A stretch of DNA of 64,000 nucleotides from Lama guanicoe (taxonomy: Eukaryota), in NCBI GenBank assembly GCA_013239625.1, contig MU053472.1:1753236-1817235 (forward strand). Reading direction: 5' to 3'. The first letter of the stretch is position 1, and the number at the start of each line of letters is the position of its first letter. Below the pieces are notes generated by a model. It was not told the DNA's origin and ran no database searches. It worked only from the letters and a program-made list of their open reading frames with translations. A program made the position numbers and the translations under genes. Of this stretch, positions 27,480-42,249 are shown in pieces.

Positions 27480-28606
27480 TTTTTTCTTTTTTTTAAGTTG
27501 AGTTATAGTCAATTTACAAAGTTGTGTCAATTTCTGGTGTACAGCATAGTTTATCAGTCATACATGAATATACATATATTCATTTTCATATTCCTTTGCA
27601 CTGTGAGCTACGAGACCTTGAATATATTTCCCCGTGCTATACAGTATAAACTTGTTTATCTATTCTATAGATACCTGTCAATGTCTATGAATCTCAAACT
27701 CCCAGTCTGTCCCTACCCACCCCATCACATCCCCCGCCAACCACGAGTTTGTATTCTATGTCTGTGAGTCTGCTACTGTTTTATATTTAAGTTCACTTGT
27801 CCTCTGTTTTTTTTTTTTTGAAGATTCCACATATGAGTGATATCATACTGCATTTTTCTTTCTCTTTCTGGCTAACCTCACTTAGAATGACATTCTCCAG
27901 GGACATTCAGTTTGCTGTAAATGGCATTATGTTGTCATTTTTATGGCTGAATAATATTCCATTGTATAAATCTACCACAACTTGTTTATCCAGTCATCTG
28001 TTGATGGACATTTAGGTTGTTTCCATGTCTTGGCTATTGTAAATAGTGCTGCTATGAACATTGGGGTGCTGGTGTCTTTCTGAATTAGGGTTCCTTCTGG
28101 ATATATGCCCAGGAGTGGGATTGCTGGGTCATATCGTAAGTCTATTTTTAGTCTTCCGAGGAATCTCCATACTGTTCTCCTCAATGGCTGCACCGAACTG
28201 CATTCCCACCAGCAGTGTAGGAGGGTTCCCTTTTCTCCACAGCCTCTCCAGCATTTATCATTTGTGGACTTTTGAATGATGGCCATGCTGACTGGTGTGA
28301 GGTGATACCTCATTGTAGTTTTGGTTTGCATTTCTCTAATAATTAGTGATACTGAGCTTTTTTTCATGTGCTTATTGATCATTTTTATGTTTTCATTGGA
28401 GAATTGCTTGTTTAGGTCTTCTGCCCATTTTTGGATTGGGTTGTTTGTTTTTTTCCTATTAAGTAGTATGAGCTGTTTATATATTCTGGAGATCAAGCCT
28501 TTGTCAGTTTCCTCTTTTGCAAATATTTTCTCCCATTCCATAGGTTGTTGTTTTGTTTTGCTTATGGTTTTGTTTGATGTGCAAAATCTTGTAAGTTTAA
28601 TTAGGT
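27480..28606 (-). mobile_element. 5'-truncated relatively young L1: ORF2 C-terminus plus 3' UTR
   Basis: ORF 27972..28637(-) gives [10 protein letters not shown] ... MRYHLTPV ... [19 protein letters not shown] ... [12 protein letters not shown] ... WKQPKCPS, the L1 ORF2p Cys-rich domain. Imperfect TSD ttaaaat(g/t)ttt. Confidence 0.95.
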
Positions 28607-28721
28607 TAAAATTTTTATTATGGAAATGTTCAAACATACACAGGAGTGCAGTGAATAGTATAATGAATCTACCTATTACCCAGCTTGAAGTATTAACAAC
28701 ATTCTGCCACTCTTGTTTCTT

Positions 28722-28821
28722 ATGTTGTTATTATTATTATTTTTAATGGAGATACTCGGGTTTGAACCCAGGACCTTGTACATGCTAAGCATGTGCTCTA
28801 CCACTGAGCTATTACCCTCCC
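28722..28821 (-). mobile_element. Vic-1-type SINE next to or within an old L1M 3' fragment (28611-28720)
   Basis: aatggagatactcgggtttgaacccaggaccttgtacatgctaagcatgtgctctaccactgagcta. Confidence 0.88.
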
Positions 28822-31800
28822 TACTCTTACATTGCCTTTAAATGTTTTAATATATGGTTGATAAAATATTATGAGAAAGCTACCCACTATGGTATTTTTT
28901 TTAAGCTATGAATACTTTAGTATGTATCTAATGAGAAGAATTTAATGAGAAGGAGGTAGCTCTTTCCAGGAGTTGTATGTCGTGGAGCAGTAGAGGGAAG
29001 ACTAAGCCTTGGAAAATGTTCTCTTGCGTTTGGAAAGAGAGAAAACCCTATGGTGTTTGTAGGGTGGTATTCTCCATCTCATTTTTTTTTTTTCTCTCCA
29101 TCTCATTCTTCCCCCAGTCTTCTTGGTTCTATGAATTTTCTGATTTATTTAGAGGTAAAATCTTAAACATTTAATTTTCCTATTCTATGGAATACATCAT
29201 GGATCCTTAATGATTGTTTGGGAGGATTTTCAATTATGTTCTTAAAAGTATAGGTTGAAGACATTGATGTCTTCCACGACTAAAAGCTTTTAACTCTCCA
29301 TGCCAAGAGAGCTTTGCCTCTTTTGCTTAGGCAGGAGAAAATCTGTACTTAATTCTTCCTGCTGCATAATGATCTGGTCTTAGCTAGTATGTAACTAGAT
29401 GATAAATAAGCGAGGCCTGGAAGAAGCTGCATTAACTCTGCAAAAAATGATTTTTGCCATTTTTACAAACAACTTCCTCCCCTTTATTTCTGTTTGGCAG
29501 ACTTTGTCGTGGAGGCTGGACTCAGTTCTCCTTGCTCTTCAACTGTGCTGTTGTAGGTAGGCTAGAGAACCAATATGTTTCCAATAAGTGGTCTATCACC
29601 TACTTGTACAAACTGGTTCATTGCTGACTGAATGCAGTTTAATGATCCAAAACAGTGATTCTTTTTTTTACCTTCAGGATATCAATTCGAAAAGTTTCTG
29701 CATAACCTCTACTCATCTTAGTCTCCTATAGGAGACATTCTATTTTAGAGTGTTCCTTGAATTTAGAATAGAGAATTGATTATTCCTGGAAGACGTGCAT
29801 CTAACACACGAGGTTAGCTGTGAGAATAGCTGCCACTATTGAAAGATTACAGCTCATAATTCTACACAGAATTAGCACTAGTGAGCTTCTAGCTTCCAGC
29901 ATTTGGTCATTTTCCTCAACAAAAACATACACTACCATATGTACTTGAACAGTTGCTAGAAGTTGGTCCTACATTTGATATGTGTGTGTGTAAATACAGA
30001 GATAATGATAAACGGATAGATATGAAGTGAGCAAGAGAAAGCGTGTATGTGAACGCTACCATTTCCCTTTTTAAAGAAAATGTTACAAAACCTAAGAAAA
30101 TAGGGGAGGAAATGCACAGCTCAGTATGCCGTGAGCTCAACTTTGGTTTCATGCCTCGGTTTCCATTATTCGTTGATGTGCATCAGATTTCTTTGTGTTC
30201 CTTTCTTGACTTCTTGGAATGGCTTCACTAACTATATTAATTGTAGTGTGCTTATTCCACAACTTCATAATGGTAAAGTTTTAAGTAGGTGCATGGAAGA
30301 CACAATTTAAAAGGTACCAAGGAGTGTTTTGTGGAAACTGAGTCATTTCTGTCCCCAGCCATACCCATTTCTTCCCATGAGGTAACTGTTGTAGAAAGGT
30401 GAGCTTTGGTAAGAATGGTTTTGTTGTTATTTAGACTTAGATGTCTGGGTAGATTATCTCACCCTTGTTGTTACCCGTAAGTTACAAGCAAGGTATTATA
30501 CAGACATAACATGAACCTTTAAAACAGTAAGGGTGCACTTTTCTAATTATCTTTCTGCCGTTTTAATGTATATGTCTGATAGTTGTATTATGAATTGAGT
30601 TGCCATGATACACATTAAATTGTGTGTATCTTTCCAGGTCTATAAACTCTACCTTGACCTTAACTGCAAATGTTTTGAAGGGATTGTTGCAGTTTATTCA
30701 GTTCTTAGATGCTACTTTGGGACCGTTTGAAATTTTCAGTGGAGTAGCTGATCTTGCTGATAGCATGAAACCATTATGTTTTATTCTTTCTCTCCATTTT
30801 ATGATATGGAGGGTTACATTGAGGAGCAAAACTGAATTGTGAACCCTTCCAGACTACCCCTAGGTGTAGCTTGTCCAGATGTTAGATGTCAGATGACCAT
30901 TATGGTAGCAGGAATAACAAATGAAAGCTCCTTAGTTTATGTCTTCTGTGGGAGTATTATATGGTACTTAGGGGGTAGGGAAAAGGAGACGGAGCAGGGT
31001 GGGGAGGAGATGCGCCCAGTGTTGTCAGTTACCCGGTGAAATCTATTATCTCCGAGGCAATGAGGATATGTCATTTTTCTAATTATATATTGCCTGTGAC
31101 TGTTCTTCTGGGAATGTGGAATAAAAGGAAAGTGAAACCAGAGAGGTACTATGACGGACTGTTAGAAAACTTTAATAATTAATTAGGGAACATCTCTGGT
31201 ACCGCGGGGTCAGGGTGCAAGAAAGACCATTGATCCGTTTAATATATAACGTAGGTGGAGCTTGTTGCCTTGTATTTTGTTGTAACACTCCCACTGCTGT
31301 TGCACTGCTACAAGAGATGACTGCTAATGAACAGAATAGCCAGTAACATTTAGTGCCCTTGCTTAGTTATTCTGTGAGTGAAATTCAGCGAATTCCTTTA
31401 CATTTAAATTGAAACATTTATAAATGAGAGAGACAACTTCTTTCTAGACTTCACTAGAGATAGAGTTGCTCCCTTAAAAAGAATAAGAATGCTGCTTACA
31501 TCTGAAGGCATTAAATGTGTGTTACTTTTGACCTGAGAGCCTGCTCCCTTTTTAAAAAAATTTTTTTAAATTATTTTTTAAAAGGCCAGGGTTTAATTTT
31601 CACCAGTTTGTATGAAAACATAACTTTTTAAAATTTGAAAATGTTTGAATACCAGTGTTTACATATGTTTTTTGGCTGCTGTATTTTCTCCTCTTTTGTG
31701 AATTGCTTATTCATTAGGAATTGCCTTAGACAATTTTGCTTTTGGATTATTTGTCTTTGAGCCTTTCTGTTTAAAAGGCAAGTCCGAGTTTCTGTACTAA

Positions 31801-34800
31801 GAAACTACATTCCCAAGCAGCATTTCTTCCTCAGATCCTGAATACTTCCTGATCAGAAACAGGGTTTGGTCGAGAGCCCTCTCTTACCATAGGGCTGCTA
31901 TATAAATGCTGTTTTTAATAAATACCAAAAATATATTGAAGTTTGTCCTTGGATGAGAGTTTATCACTGTTGGCCTTTGGGTGAACTTTGAGCCTGAGCT
32001 GTTTCATTCAAGGCAGCATGATGTCATTTAACTCACAAATTTCTCTGTTGCTGGAAAAAGGAATGTTGTTCCCCTAAATAACCCAAAGAACTGAACGCTG
32101 CTGGCACAACATTACTCACCTCTCAGGGCTCCACTAAAGACTTCAGCATGGTCCGTGCAGGGTCAGTGGGGGTTTGGTGGGGAGTAGGGGAAACTCAAGC
32201 TGTGTTTGGTCCTGACTCTGAAGACCACTTGGTTCTCCTGTGCACTCCGCTGCAGTAGGACCCAGCTCACACTCACGTCTCCAAGTGAAAACCCGTGGAT
32301 CCATTTTCACTTTTTCATATTAAAAGATTCTCTTTCTAGAGCTAATAGGAGCATATTTTAGGTATTTCAACAGAAGCTAAAGCAGAGAGCTGTATCTCAC
32401 ATAAGAAACTAAATACCGTTGGGATCAGCGTTTCTACCCTTACTTGAGAAGTAGATTTCCCCGAGTCCAGTGATAGTGGGAATCACTTCAGTGTTCAGGA
32501 AGCAGCTTTTCAGCACCTCCTAGAGCTGGGGGCATGAAGCTTACCAGCAGTGGGGCCCGTAGCTGGTTAGCAGCTACGTCCTCTGAAGCCTCCAGAGCCC
32601 CAGCAAAGAGAATTCATTGCTGGGAGTTCAGGAGATGCAGGGAAGAACAGAGCAAGAACATAACAGAATCAAACAGACTTTCCCTTCTCTGGGTTCATGA
32701 ATAAGCACTGCTCATTGTTCAGCATTATGCTTTGTGTCAGTTTATATTAAAAAGGATGCTTATAACCTGTATGTGGTTAGTCTTTTAACTTTCATATGCA
32801 TTGTCAACTTTTTCCTCTCATTGCTTTAAGGGCAAACGGTGCTGGGAGCCAATAATTATTCCTTTTACTCTTTCATCTTAACAGAGCGTTTAGGCCCTAT
32901 GGACCTTGTTGTAGACTCCATAGTTAGGAGATTTGATTTTTTCCTGAATATCTAAACCATGCCCAATATACAAAGAAAAGTAATTACCTATTCTCATATA
33001 AAGTGTATTCAGTATATTACTGGTTAAAGTTTACCTTCTGTCTTTCAACTGGAAGACAAAATTTGTTGCAGATGAACTTAGATTATTAAGATCTAGGTGT
33101 TACTTTTTGGGTATTTTAGAGAGAATTTGATTCCTTTGAATTGAAAATATACTTTTCACTGCGTTGGAGAGAACACCCTGAAATGTCAAGAGGTTTAAAT
33201 TTCTTCAGGACTAGTGATAACTCATTCTTGAAATCTTGATTCAAACCTGTGTGTCCTAACCTTCAAGTATTTGTATTCAATCTATTAACCTGGATTAAAA
33301 AGGAGACTTTAGAGTGTCACTTTAGATATCTGTTAATACAATGTTTATAACTCTTTAACTTAGTAGTTGTTATTTGAACAGCTTGATACTTTGTATGTTT
33401 AACAGCATCTAAATACTTTAAGCTTTAACTCATAAATAGTCTATTTTATGTGGGTAATTTGTAAAAATTCTATACTCACTGGTCCTTATATTATGGTGCA
33501 AACATCAAAAAATTCAAAACCAGAGAACTCTCCCTAACTACTTATGGGTTTGAGAAATTATATTATGAATTGACATTTTCCATTTTGGAAATTGAGAATT
33601 TTGTTACATGGGTTCAGATTTAGGGACATTATCAAAGGATCATTTAATGTTTCTGTTCATAATTTTACTTAGGTGGTTTTCGGGGGTTTAGATTAACAGG
33701 ACTAATTTGCAAAGGTCAGCGCTGAAGCAGATTTGTTTTTGTTTGCTTTGCACATAAACACACATAAAATATATAAATATATTCACAGAAATACACACAT
33801 ATGTACACACACACACACTCATACATCACTGTAAGACAGCAAAATACACTTAGTGATTTTTTTTTTTAGCTTTTATTTACTCACGAGAAGCATGATCTGC
33901 TTTCCTGAGAACACAACATAAACAAAGTCTAGCTCACAGTTACCTCATAATGATCTGCTCATCCTGCCCTTGGTTGTTGATCTATACTTATCAAATGCCT
34001 GTGTGTACAGGCAGTGCTTTCGAAGTAGTCTCAAAAAAAAATCGACAGTGTATCCTTTTTAGTTCGATGGATAGGCTTGTTTTAAATTACTGTACTAAAG
34101 GTAGGGATAGAACATGGAGAGATTTTTATTTCAAAATTCCATTTTCTTTTCCTAACCCAAGATGATTAATTATCTAAGAACATTTCGTGAAATATAAAAG
34201 ATACTAACCATAGAGGGTAGGTATGTTGGTCCATTAAACTCAGGCTTAACAACATATGTGACTTTATTTTTCTCTAAATAAACTCTTAAATAAGTTCTCT
34301 TCTGTGCCTCCATCCTAACAAATATGGAGAAATTAATCTCAATCAATTATAACCTCCTAAAAATGGCATCTGAATTCTGTAGGGCTTACAGAGTACAAAG
34401 ATATGAGATGGGAGAGTTAGGGTTATTTTATCTTTACTGTCACCACTGAGATGTCGCCTTTCCCTACCCGATCGCTGAGTACTGGTTCATATGTCTCTGC
34501 AGTATCCATCCTTGTTTCTACTTCAGAGTCTTTTCAAAGCCTGTCTTTCTGAGCACTGTGTGCACACCTCCTCTAGACTCTTGCACGCGTGGAATCTCCT
34601 GCTACTTCCCTGACCTCTACTCACGAATGAAGATATTTCATAGCTGTTCATCCCTAAATCTCCTTCTGGGCTCTGTCATTTCGTACCCTTCCTTGGGAAC
34701 CCTCTTTCCCCCCCTGTTTATGGTACTCTTGCTCCACCTCAGAATATCTTTCCTAACGCCTGGCTGGTTAGAGAGCATGGAAGATTTGCTCTTAGTTATC

Positions 34801-35214
34801 ATACTGTCAATCTCTTTTTCTTATCCCAGGGTCAGGGTTTTGTTCTTTTTTCATTGTGACCCGGTATGCCATTGCTTCTCCAAAGTAGTAAACATGGAAT
34901 GTTCTTCCTGCTGGGATTGGGGAAGTTTTTCAAACGTGAAGAAATGTGAGAGTGGGGTGAGGATATTTATTTTATGTTGAAAAATACTATCCCACCACAC
35001 TTCTAAATATTGTGAATCTTCCAAATGCTTCAGTGCATTCTTAATTGGAATACTATTTTTTAGCAAATGTAAGATATGGAAGCTCTTGTTACAATCTCCA
35101 TTTAGAAATTCAAGGTTCAGATTTAATGTTTCATAGATATGTATTTGGTATTTTTACCACTTTCTTTGGGAAACAGGGCAGCTGGGAGGGGGAGGAAAGA
35201 GAATTCTTTAAAAA

Positions 35215-35385
35215 AAATTTTTTTTCACTATGGGAAATTCCAAACATACACAAAATTAGAAAACAATAGTGTAATGATTCTCCATGTACCTGTCATTCAG
35301 CTTCAACAATAATCAACTCATAACTAGTCTCTTTGCATCTGTAACCTTTTCCTCACCCCGTCTCTGCCACTGGACTACTTTTAAG
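35215..35385 (-). mobile_element. Old L1MC/ME-like 3' end fragment
   Basis: tatgggaaattccaaacatacacaaaa ... aatagtgtaatga ... cagcttcaacaataatcaac; similar to 28611-28720 and 42590-42750. Confidence 0.7.
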
Positions 35386-37723
35386 TTTACCCCATGTTGA
35401 TGATGGATAAGTAAGTGTCCTACTACTCCGGTGTCATTACTTGGTCCACGATGCAAAACTCCATTCATTCACTTAATACTTCTGGAATGTTTATTCTGTA
35501 ACAGGTGCACAGCCTAGGCCCAGCATATATAGAACACCTTGTAAACTCTTGGAAAAACTCATATTAGGTACTAGTTAGTTACACAAAGGGATGATTTCTC
35601 ACTTCTCTTTACATTTTCCCCATATCTTTCCATCACATTACGTTAGCTTTATTAAAAAAATATTTTTCCATAAAAAATCTTCTGCTCTTCCCTCCCCTGC
35701 CCCATCTGCCTCCTGATTCATCTTCCACTCTCAACCGGCCTCACCCCACCCGACTGCACTGCCTCTTGATATGACTGAAACATTTCTCTGAATGTTCCCA
35801 CATCACAGTCTTTGTACTTGATACTTGTTTTGTAACACTTTCCCCTCAGCTATATGCATGTCCTGTTCCCTCTCCCCTTTACAATCTTCTCAGCCCTCAA
35901 CTGCTTTCCAGTCTGTTCTGACCTCTAGATATTCGTCCTTAGCTGCTTTCTTGACAACTATTTAGGGAATGGGGTTTTGAGGGATCCTCTTTCTCTGTTC
36001 TGTATATAAATTTCATTTATTAAATTTATTAATTAAAAAGATTATAAATGGTTGGGGAACAGCTCAGCCTTTCGTACACATAAATTTACTTACCAGTTTT
36101 GCAGTATACACCCAAATTATTTAAGAGGATGCTTAAATATTCATTAGGTAATTATAATATTATTTTCTTCATGATATCATTCAGAATCATAAGAAATTAG
36201 GTGTTACGCTTTGGTGATCACTTGTGTTTTGTGCCAGATGGCAGCATGCCCCTCAGCTGTAGAACTATGATTTTGAAGAACTAGTAGCTGAGTTTTAACC
36301 ACTGCAAATCTTATATTTTCATATTGCTTATCTTGCTGTATTGAGTAACTGACTGGCTTAGGTACCTTTTCTCCCCTCCCAACTAGTGGGGATAAGGTTT
36401 TTGTGAGTATATTCTCTTTAAAATCTTCCCCTTGCTTCTGCTTTGTCTACTTCACTCATATGTGTTTCACTAAGATTTAGTTCTTCTAAGTACCTTGTCC
36501 TGGCAAGAGGGCTGTGAGATAAGCGTTCTCAGTCACTACTGATGGAAGTGTGTAACTCTTTCTGGGAATATGCATTAAGAAATTTTGATATGTTCGTATC
36601 CTCTGATTTTTGATTTTTTGGTAATGTAGCCTAGGGGAAATGCACGTGCCTGTACTCATAGCTCTGGGTGGTAAAAATTCTGAGATGCTTTTCTTTTTCT
36701 TATTTATTTCTATTTCTTCAGGTTTCTTTAATACTCATCTACTTTACTTCCTCTTTTGTTCTCTTTTTTTCTTTCTTTTCTCTCTTTCCCCTCAGTACTT
36801 CATTGCTTCATTCCTCTTAGCATTAAAATGTATATGGAGGCTGAAATGGGAAATCTCTGTATCTTCTGCTCAGTTTTGTTGTGGATCTAAAGTTCTTCTA
36901 AAAAATAAAGTATTTTATAATAAAAATAAGCATTGGACTTTAAATAGAAGAGACTAAGTTTTTTGGGGGATGGTGTTCAGTTTATAGTAGAATCTCAGTA
37001 AATATCTGTTGAATCATTCTATTGCTTTGACTAAGCAAAGTTCCTCTTTGTATGAGAAAGCAGGTTTTTGTGTTTTTTAATTTTATTTTTAAATTGAAGT
37101 TCTTTGTGTTTTTAAGCCTGTATCCTACCACTTAAGAATCAGGGAAACTAATGAAGTATACTTTAAAAAAAAAAAAGGAGAAGAAGAAGAAAGAAAAAGA
37201 AACATTTCTTTGGATAAATGAATATTTGGATAAAAGTGTTTTTAAATAAATGCATTTTAATGCCTCCATTTATATGAAACTATTAAACAGACTCTTAAGG
37301 AATGTTACTGTTTGATATTTGTTTTTAAAACCTCTTCTCAAATGATAAGGAACCACATCAAATTAATTTCTTTTTAACTGGAGCTAATTGAAATGTCCTC
37401 GATCCTGAAGGCTAGGAGTTACACTGGTGCACAGGTAATGAAATTGTCACTGCTCCATAAAGTACTTGTGCTGTTAAGATGCAGTTGGTTGTTTCTTTCA
37501 GACAGTGATATATATAATGACTGAATTCCCTCAGGTGTTTTTTAAAGTGTAATCTTAATTGGAGATTTTTCTTATTCCTAAGAAATTCAGTGTTTCCTGT
37601 TCATTAATTATTTGAATTATTTTTGTGCATTAAATGTCATATTTTATCTTTTAAATTACCACAGTGTCCAGAATGGTTATGCCCACCTTCATCTTTCTCA
37701 CCACATGGATTCTAGTTGTTTAA

Positions 37724-37876
<153 letters not shown>

Positions 37877-40181
37877 TAATGTGCAAGAAAACAGAAATCC
37901 ATTGTCTGTTTTTATTCTTGAATTGGAGAAAATGCCAGAATTGGGATCTTTTTAGGATCACTAAGAATTAATCAGTTGTCTTTCCATATTAAGAATTTCT
38001 CATCAATACTGCTGCAGGGATATGTGTACATAGACTTTATGCACACACAGATGTCTATATGTGTGTGTACATTAGCTTTCACACAAAGAGCGTAAAATAT
38101 GCATTTTTTTCAAACAGTCCATTTATATCCCCTGAGACCTTGGATTTCAGATGAACTGTTTGGATTAAAATAAAAATTGGCCTTTTTAAAACAGTCAAGC
38201 CATTCAACAACCTTTGGGATTTGTTTTGTGGAGCCAACATTTCCTGAAGATTGGGCCCATACCTTGATTGGGGAAGTTCTGCACAAGTCCTGGCTGTGCC
38301 TGCCTGGCTTTCCTTCCCTAAACTCCTGCAATGCCGCTTCCAGGGGTCTCCACCCAGTCCTGTAACAGCTTCAGCTGACCCTGCCTCCCCTTGCCAGGTG
38401 AGGCTGTCTTCAACTCCAGGGCTTTGAAATAAAAGATACTTGGGGAGATTTCAGAATGCTGAGATTACAAGTGACTTCATTACAAATGCTGTTATGTCTG
38501 TCTCATGTCATGACATCACTGGGTGAAGTTAATGACCTGTCTCAGATTACCAGTCCTGCAGCTTTTCATCAGACAGGTGCCTCGGTGCAGGCTGGGTACA
38601 GCTTCGTTGCTTTCTCAGGGAGGGGAGTCTGAAAACCACAGGGAATCTGAAAACTGAGGAATCAGATTGTTTCATCTCAGTGAAAATACAGGCAGTTCCT
38701 TGAAGGATGCTGGATGCATATGGAGACATACTTTCTTGAGGATAGATACCACGATAAAGTTAAAAAAAAAAACTGGCAAAGAAACCACTGTCCTTCACTT
38801 CAACTTTTCAATTAGAAAAAGGGGTAATGTGTGCTGTCAGTGTGAAAGTATATACAATATGTTTGTACCACATACAACAGGGGAGTGAGCAGGAACATCT
38901 GGCCATCGCCTCGGTGAAATTGCACGGGCATCTGTTTACCTCTCGGCTCTGTGACACTGATGGTTTTGAGCTTAAAATACACAGAATGCTCTATCTGTGG
39001 CCTCATTTACATTGCTGAATACAACTACTTGAATGAGAAATCACTGTCCTAAATCTGAGTAGTTTTCTCCCCGTGATTAGTGGGAATGTGAATATTGTTC
39101 CAAGACCATGATGCTTTTGCCCTTTAGGACTTACAAACACAGAGCTGCACTCCATGAACCTTTTCAGTTATGTTTTGTTAAGAATTAATCACTGCAATCA
39201 GAGAAATGTAATTAAATATAAAAGAACTCAGGGCAAAAATAAGGCACGTGGGAAGTCAATTCCATAAAGTGGATGTAGCAATTACAAGACACTGTGAAAT
39301 ACTGTTTCACCAAAGGTTTGCCTATTTAGTCTCTTATGCAAGTTGCTCATTTGTAAAATCACATAATATGTTTATTTTCAGGTTTTACCCAGGGTCCTAC
39401 TCTCTGCTTCCTCTTTAAGATGTTCAATATAATATTGGCAACATTCCCTGCCCCCTCCATGGAGCATGAAATTCATACCACATTTTGATATTACTGTTTT
39501 GCAGCATTTAAAATCCCTATGTCAATGTTCATGGTAGTTGAGAAAATACTCTAATTAAGTAATAGTATTTTGAAAGCAAATCTAGTTTGAGAGAAAATAT
39601 GTACTACTCTCTTCATTTAAAAGTGAATTTGGGGGGATTTTGAGGACAGTATAGTAAATGTTATGATATTTAAAAGTGGAAAGAAACTGGCTTTAGGTGT
39701 TGAAAATTATTTCAGACCTTTTCTTTTCCTTGGATAGTTCAAGAACAACTTCACGTTTGTCATGAGCTTGGTCCTCAGTAAAGGAATTACTTTTAATCTG
39801 TGGATTGATAGGTTTAGTGTTCAGTACACGTCCACAAAGTGGTAGGTACTGTCTAGAATGAATCCCTAGGTAGTCCCTAGGGAGCTGACACCAGTTAAAT
39901 GAGGCAGGCAATTGTTCCTTTTATTGTCATGTGATTCTGTGTGTGTGTTTGTGTGTGCGCATGTGTGTACACACAAAGTGAATTTTTGGTTTGGTTTGGT
40001 GAAAACCAGTGGAGGGATGTAGTGAGTGTCTCTGTGGGCTGTCATTCTCATTTCCATTTGATTGTGGATGCCCTGTCCCTCTCCCACTTGGTTAAGATGG
40101 GCTTCTTGGAGAATGTGAGTGTTCAGAGATGGGATGGGAGAATCATGAAAGGCTCTCAAAGGGCGGTTGTAATACATTTAA

Positions 40182-40403
<222 letters not shown>

Positions 40404-42249
40404 TAAGAAATACGAAATAGAAAGTGATTTGACCAGATTAATATGTCCGTTTGTAATGAGCTTCTGTCTGTCTGTCTGTCTATTCCATCATGTATATTCT
40501 CTAATCCTGACTTGTAAGACTCATAATACAAGGTTTACAAATGCTTTTTATTATTAGTTTTTAAAAAATGTAATAGAGAACTTTTTTGACTTTTGTAGTC
40601 TCAGGTTTGCTAAACTGCAAAGTTTAGTTTGTTACATCCAGACTCGACACGTTAGGGAACAGACAAGGAAGGGCTCAGTCTAATGCATTGTGTAATTTCC
40701 CTTTCCTTGTTTTCTTTCAAAAAAAGTTCCACGGTGTATCTTTATTTGAATCTACAATAGCCCTCGGACTTTTTTCTTGCATCTCTTTTTTAAAAATTGT
40801 GGAAAAATGTGTCCCAGTCATATGTCGGAAATAAGTTTTTATTCTACCTCTTTGTCAACACTAATAACAAATCTTTATAACAAAATAAAAGCTGTTGCTG
40901 AGGTGGGTTTTGCCCCAATGTTTCTTCTTTTAAGAACAACTCATATAATGAAACATATCTCCTTTAGTACCTTTTTAAGAATTTTAATTTTTTGTTTAGG
41001 TTGGTTTGTATTTTATTTCTTCTGCAACTTTTTGCTTTATATTTGTCCAGTGTATTTTCTTCAGCTTTCTAGAATCAATCCTCAGCTTAGTGATTCAATA
41101 TATACTCGTCTGTGTTTATTGGTCATTCTGTTACTTAAATGTTAATAATAAGGCATTTAAAATAAACGACCTATAAAACTATGTTTATTCCCTTTACTAA
41201 ACTATTTACAAGGTTGCCCCCTTCCCCTTTTTTTCTGATGACTGTCACCCGCTGCTGTAAGACCCTGTCCCTTTTTTAGAGGGGACATGTCCAGCTCCTG
41301 CATTTGCAGCTCTGTTCTTTTGTTTTTCACTTCCTTTAGCGTCTTACTTAGCCCCTACTTCAGACATAGTTCTTCATATAAGAACTCTCTTACTTGCTTC
41401 TTCAGATAGAGCTGCATCCTGAAATCCTTCCAGAATTTTCCTCAGAGACTTTGCTTTTTCTTATACTAAAGAGCCCCAGTATTTATCTAAATGATTTTAA
41501 ATTGTTTATGTTTGTTTAGAATATTGTCCTGTTTGGTGGACACATATAAACTTTAGGAACCTTTATATTAGGCTGAGGTTTAGAAATTTCTTTTGATTGC
41601 ATTTGTAGTTTATATTTAAGATTTTGAGCATATAGGCCCTTGACTAAGACCTTAGCCCCATTAGAACACAGTTTTGATGGAAAATTCAGATTTGACTCAC
41701 ATCATTTCCATTATGTGTCCTGTTTATTACCATTTCCTGCCCAGCATCCAATTACAAATCCCACTATTTATACTCTCCTCATTCCTGTTCACTGTCGCTT
41801 TATCCCAGGTTCTCACCTCTGGTTCTTCGATATTTCTTTAGGCTTATGTGCAGTGGCACTATAACAGTTGGCCTTACTTTCTTCTTTAAATTGTGAAGCC
41901 TTGTTTAGATTTTCTTGGCTCAACTGACCCTTTACACCTGGTACCTTGTCCTGTATCCTGTATCACTAAGAATTATGTGGTGCTGTGATGGTCTGCCTTC
42001 CGGCACCCTAACAAAAGTGGGGAGCAGCCAGGCGTATTGTTGACTGTCATATCCATAAGGGAATCAGGCGTGGCTAACCTCAAAGCAGCTCCTTAATACT
42101 CTAGACTAGGGATTTAGCATGTAAAAAAGGCCAAAGAAATATTGATTATTAGACCTGAGTAACAAATAATGTAAAAGAAAACTGAGATATAAGATCTAGT
42201 TTTCCATTCAAGTTTAGCTCCTGAGAAATCAGTTTGATTTTATTTCATT

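Noticed and set aside
27972..28637. 221-aa ORF as a host gene
   Set aside because: It is the C-terminus of L1 ORF2p in a 5'-truncated copy. Its start codon comes from flanking sequence.
29501..29556. 56-nt AG...GT pseudo-exon
   Set aside because: It ends in an in-frame TAG, has no similarity to BCAS3 as I recall it, and such sites are common by chance.
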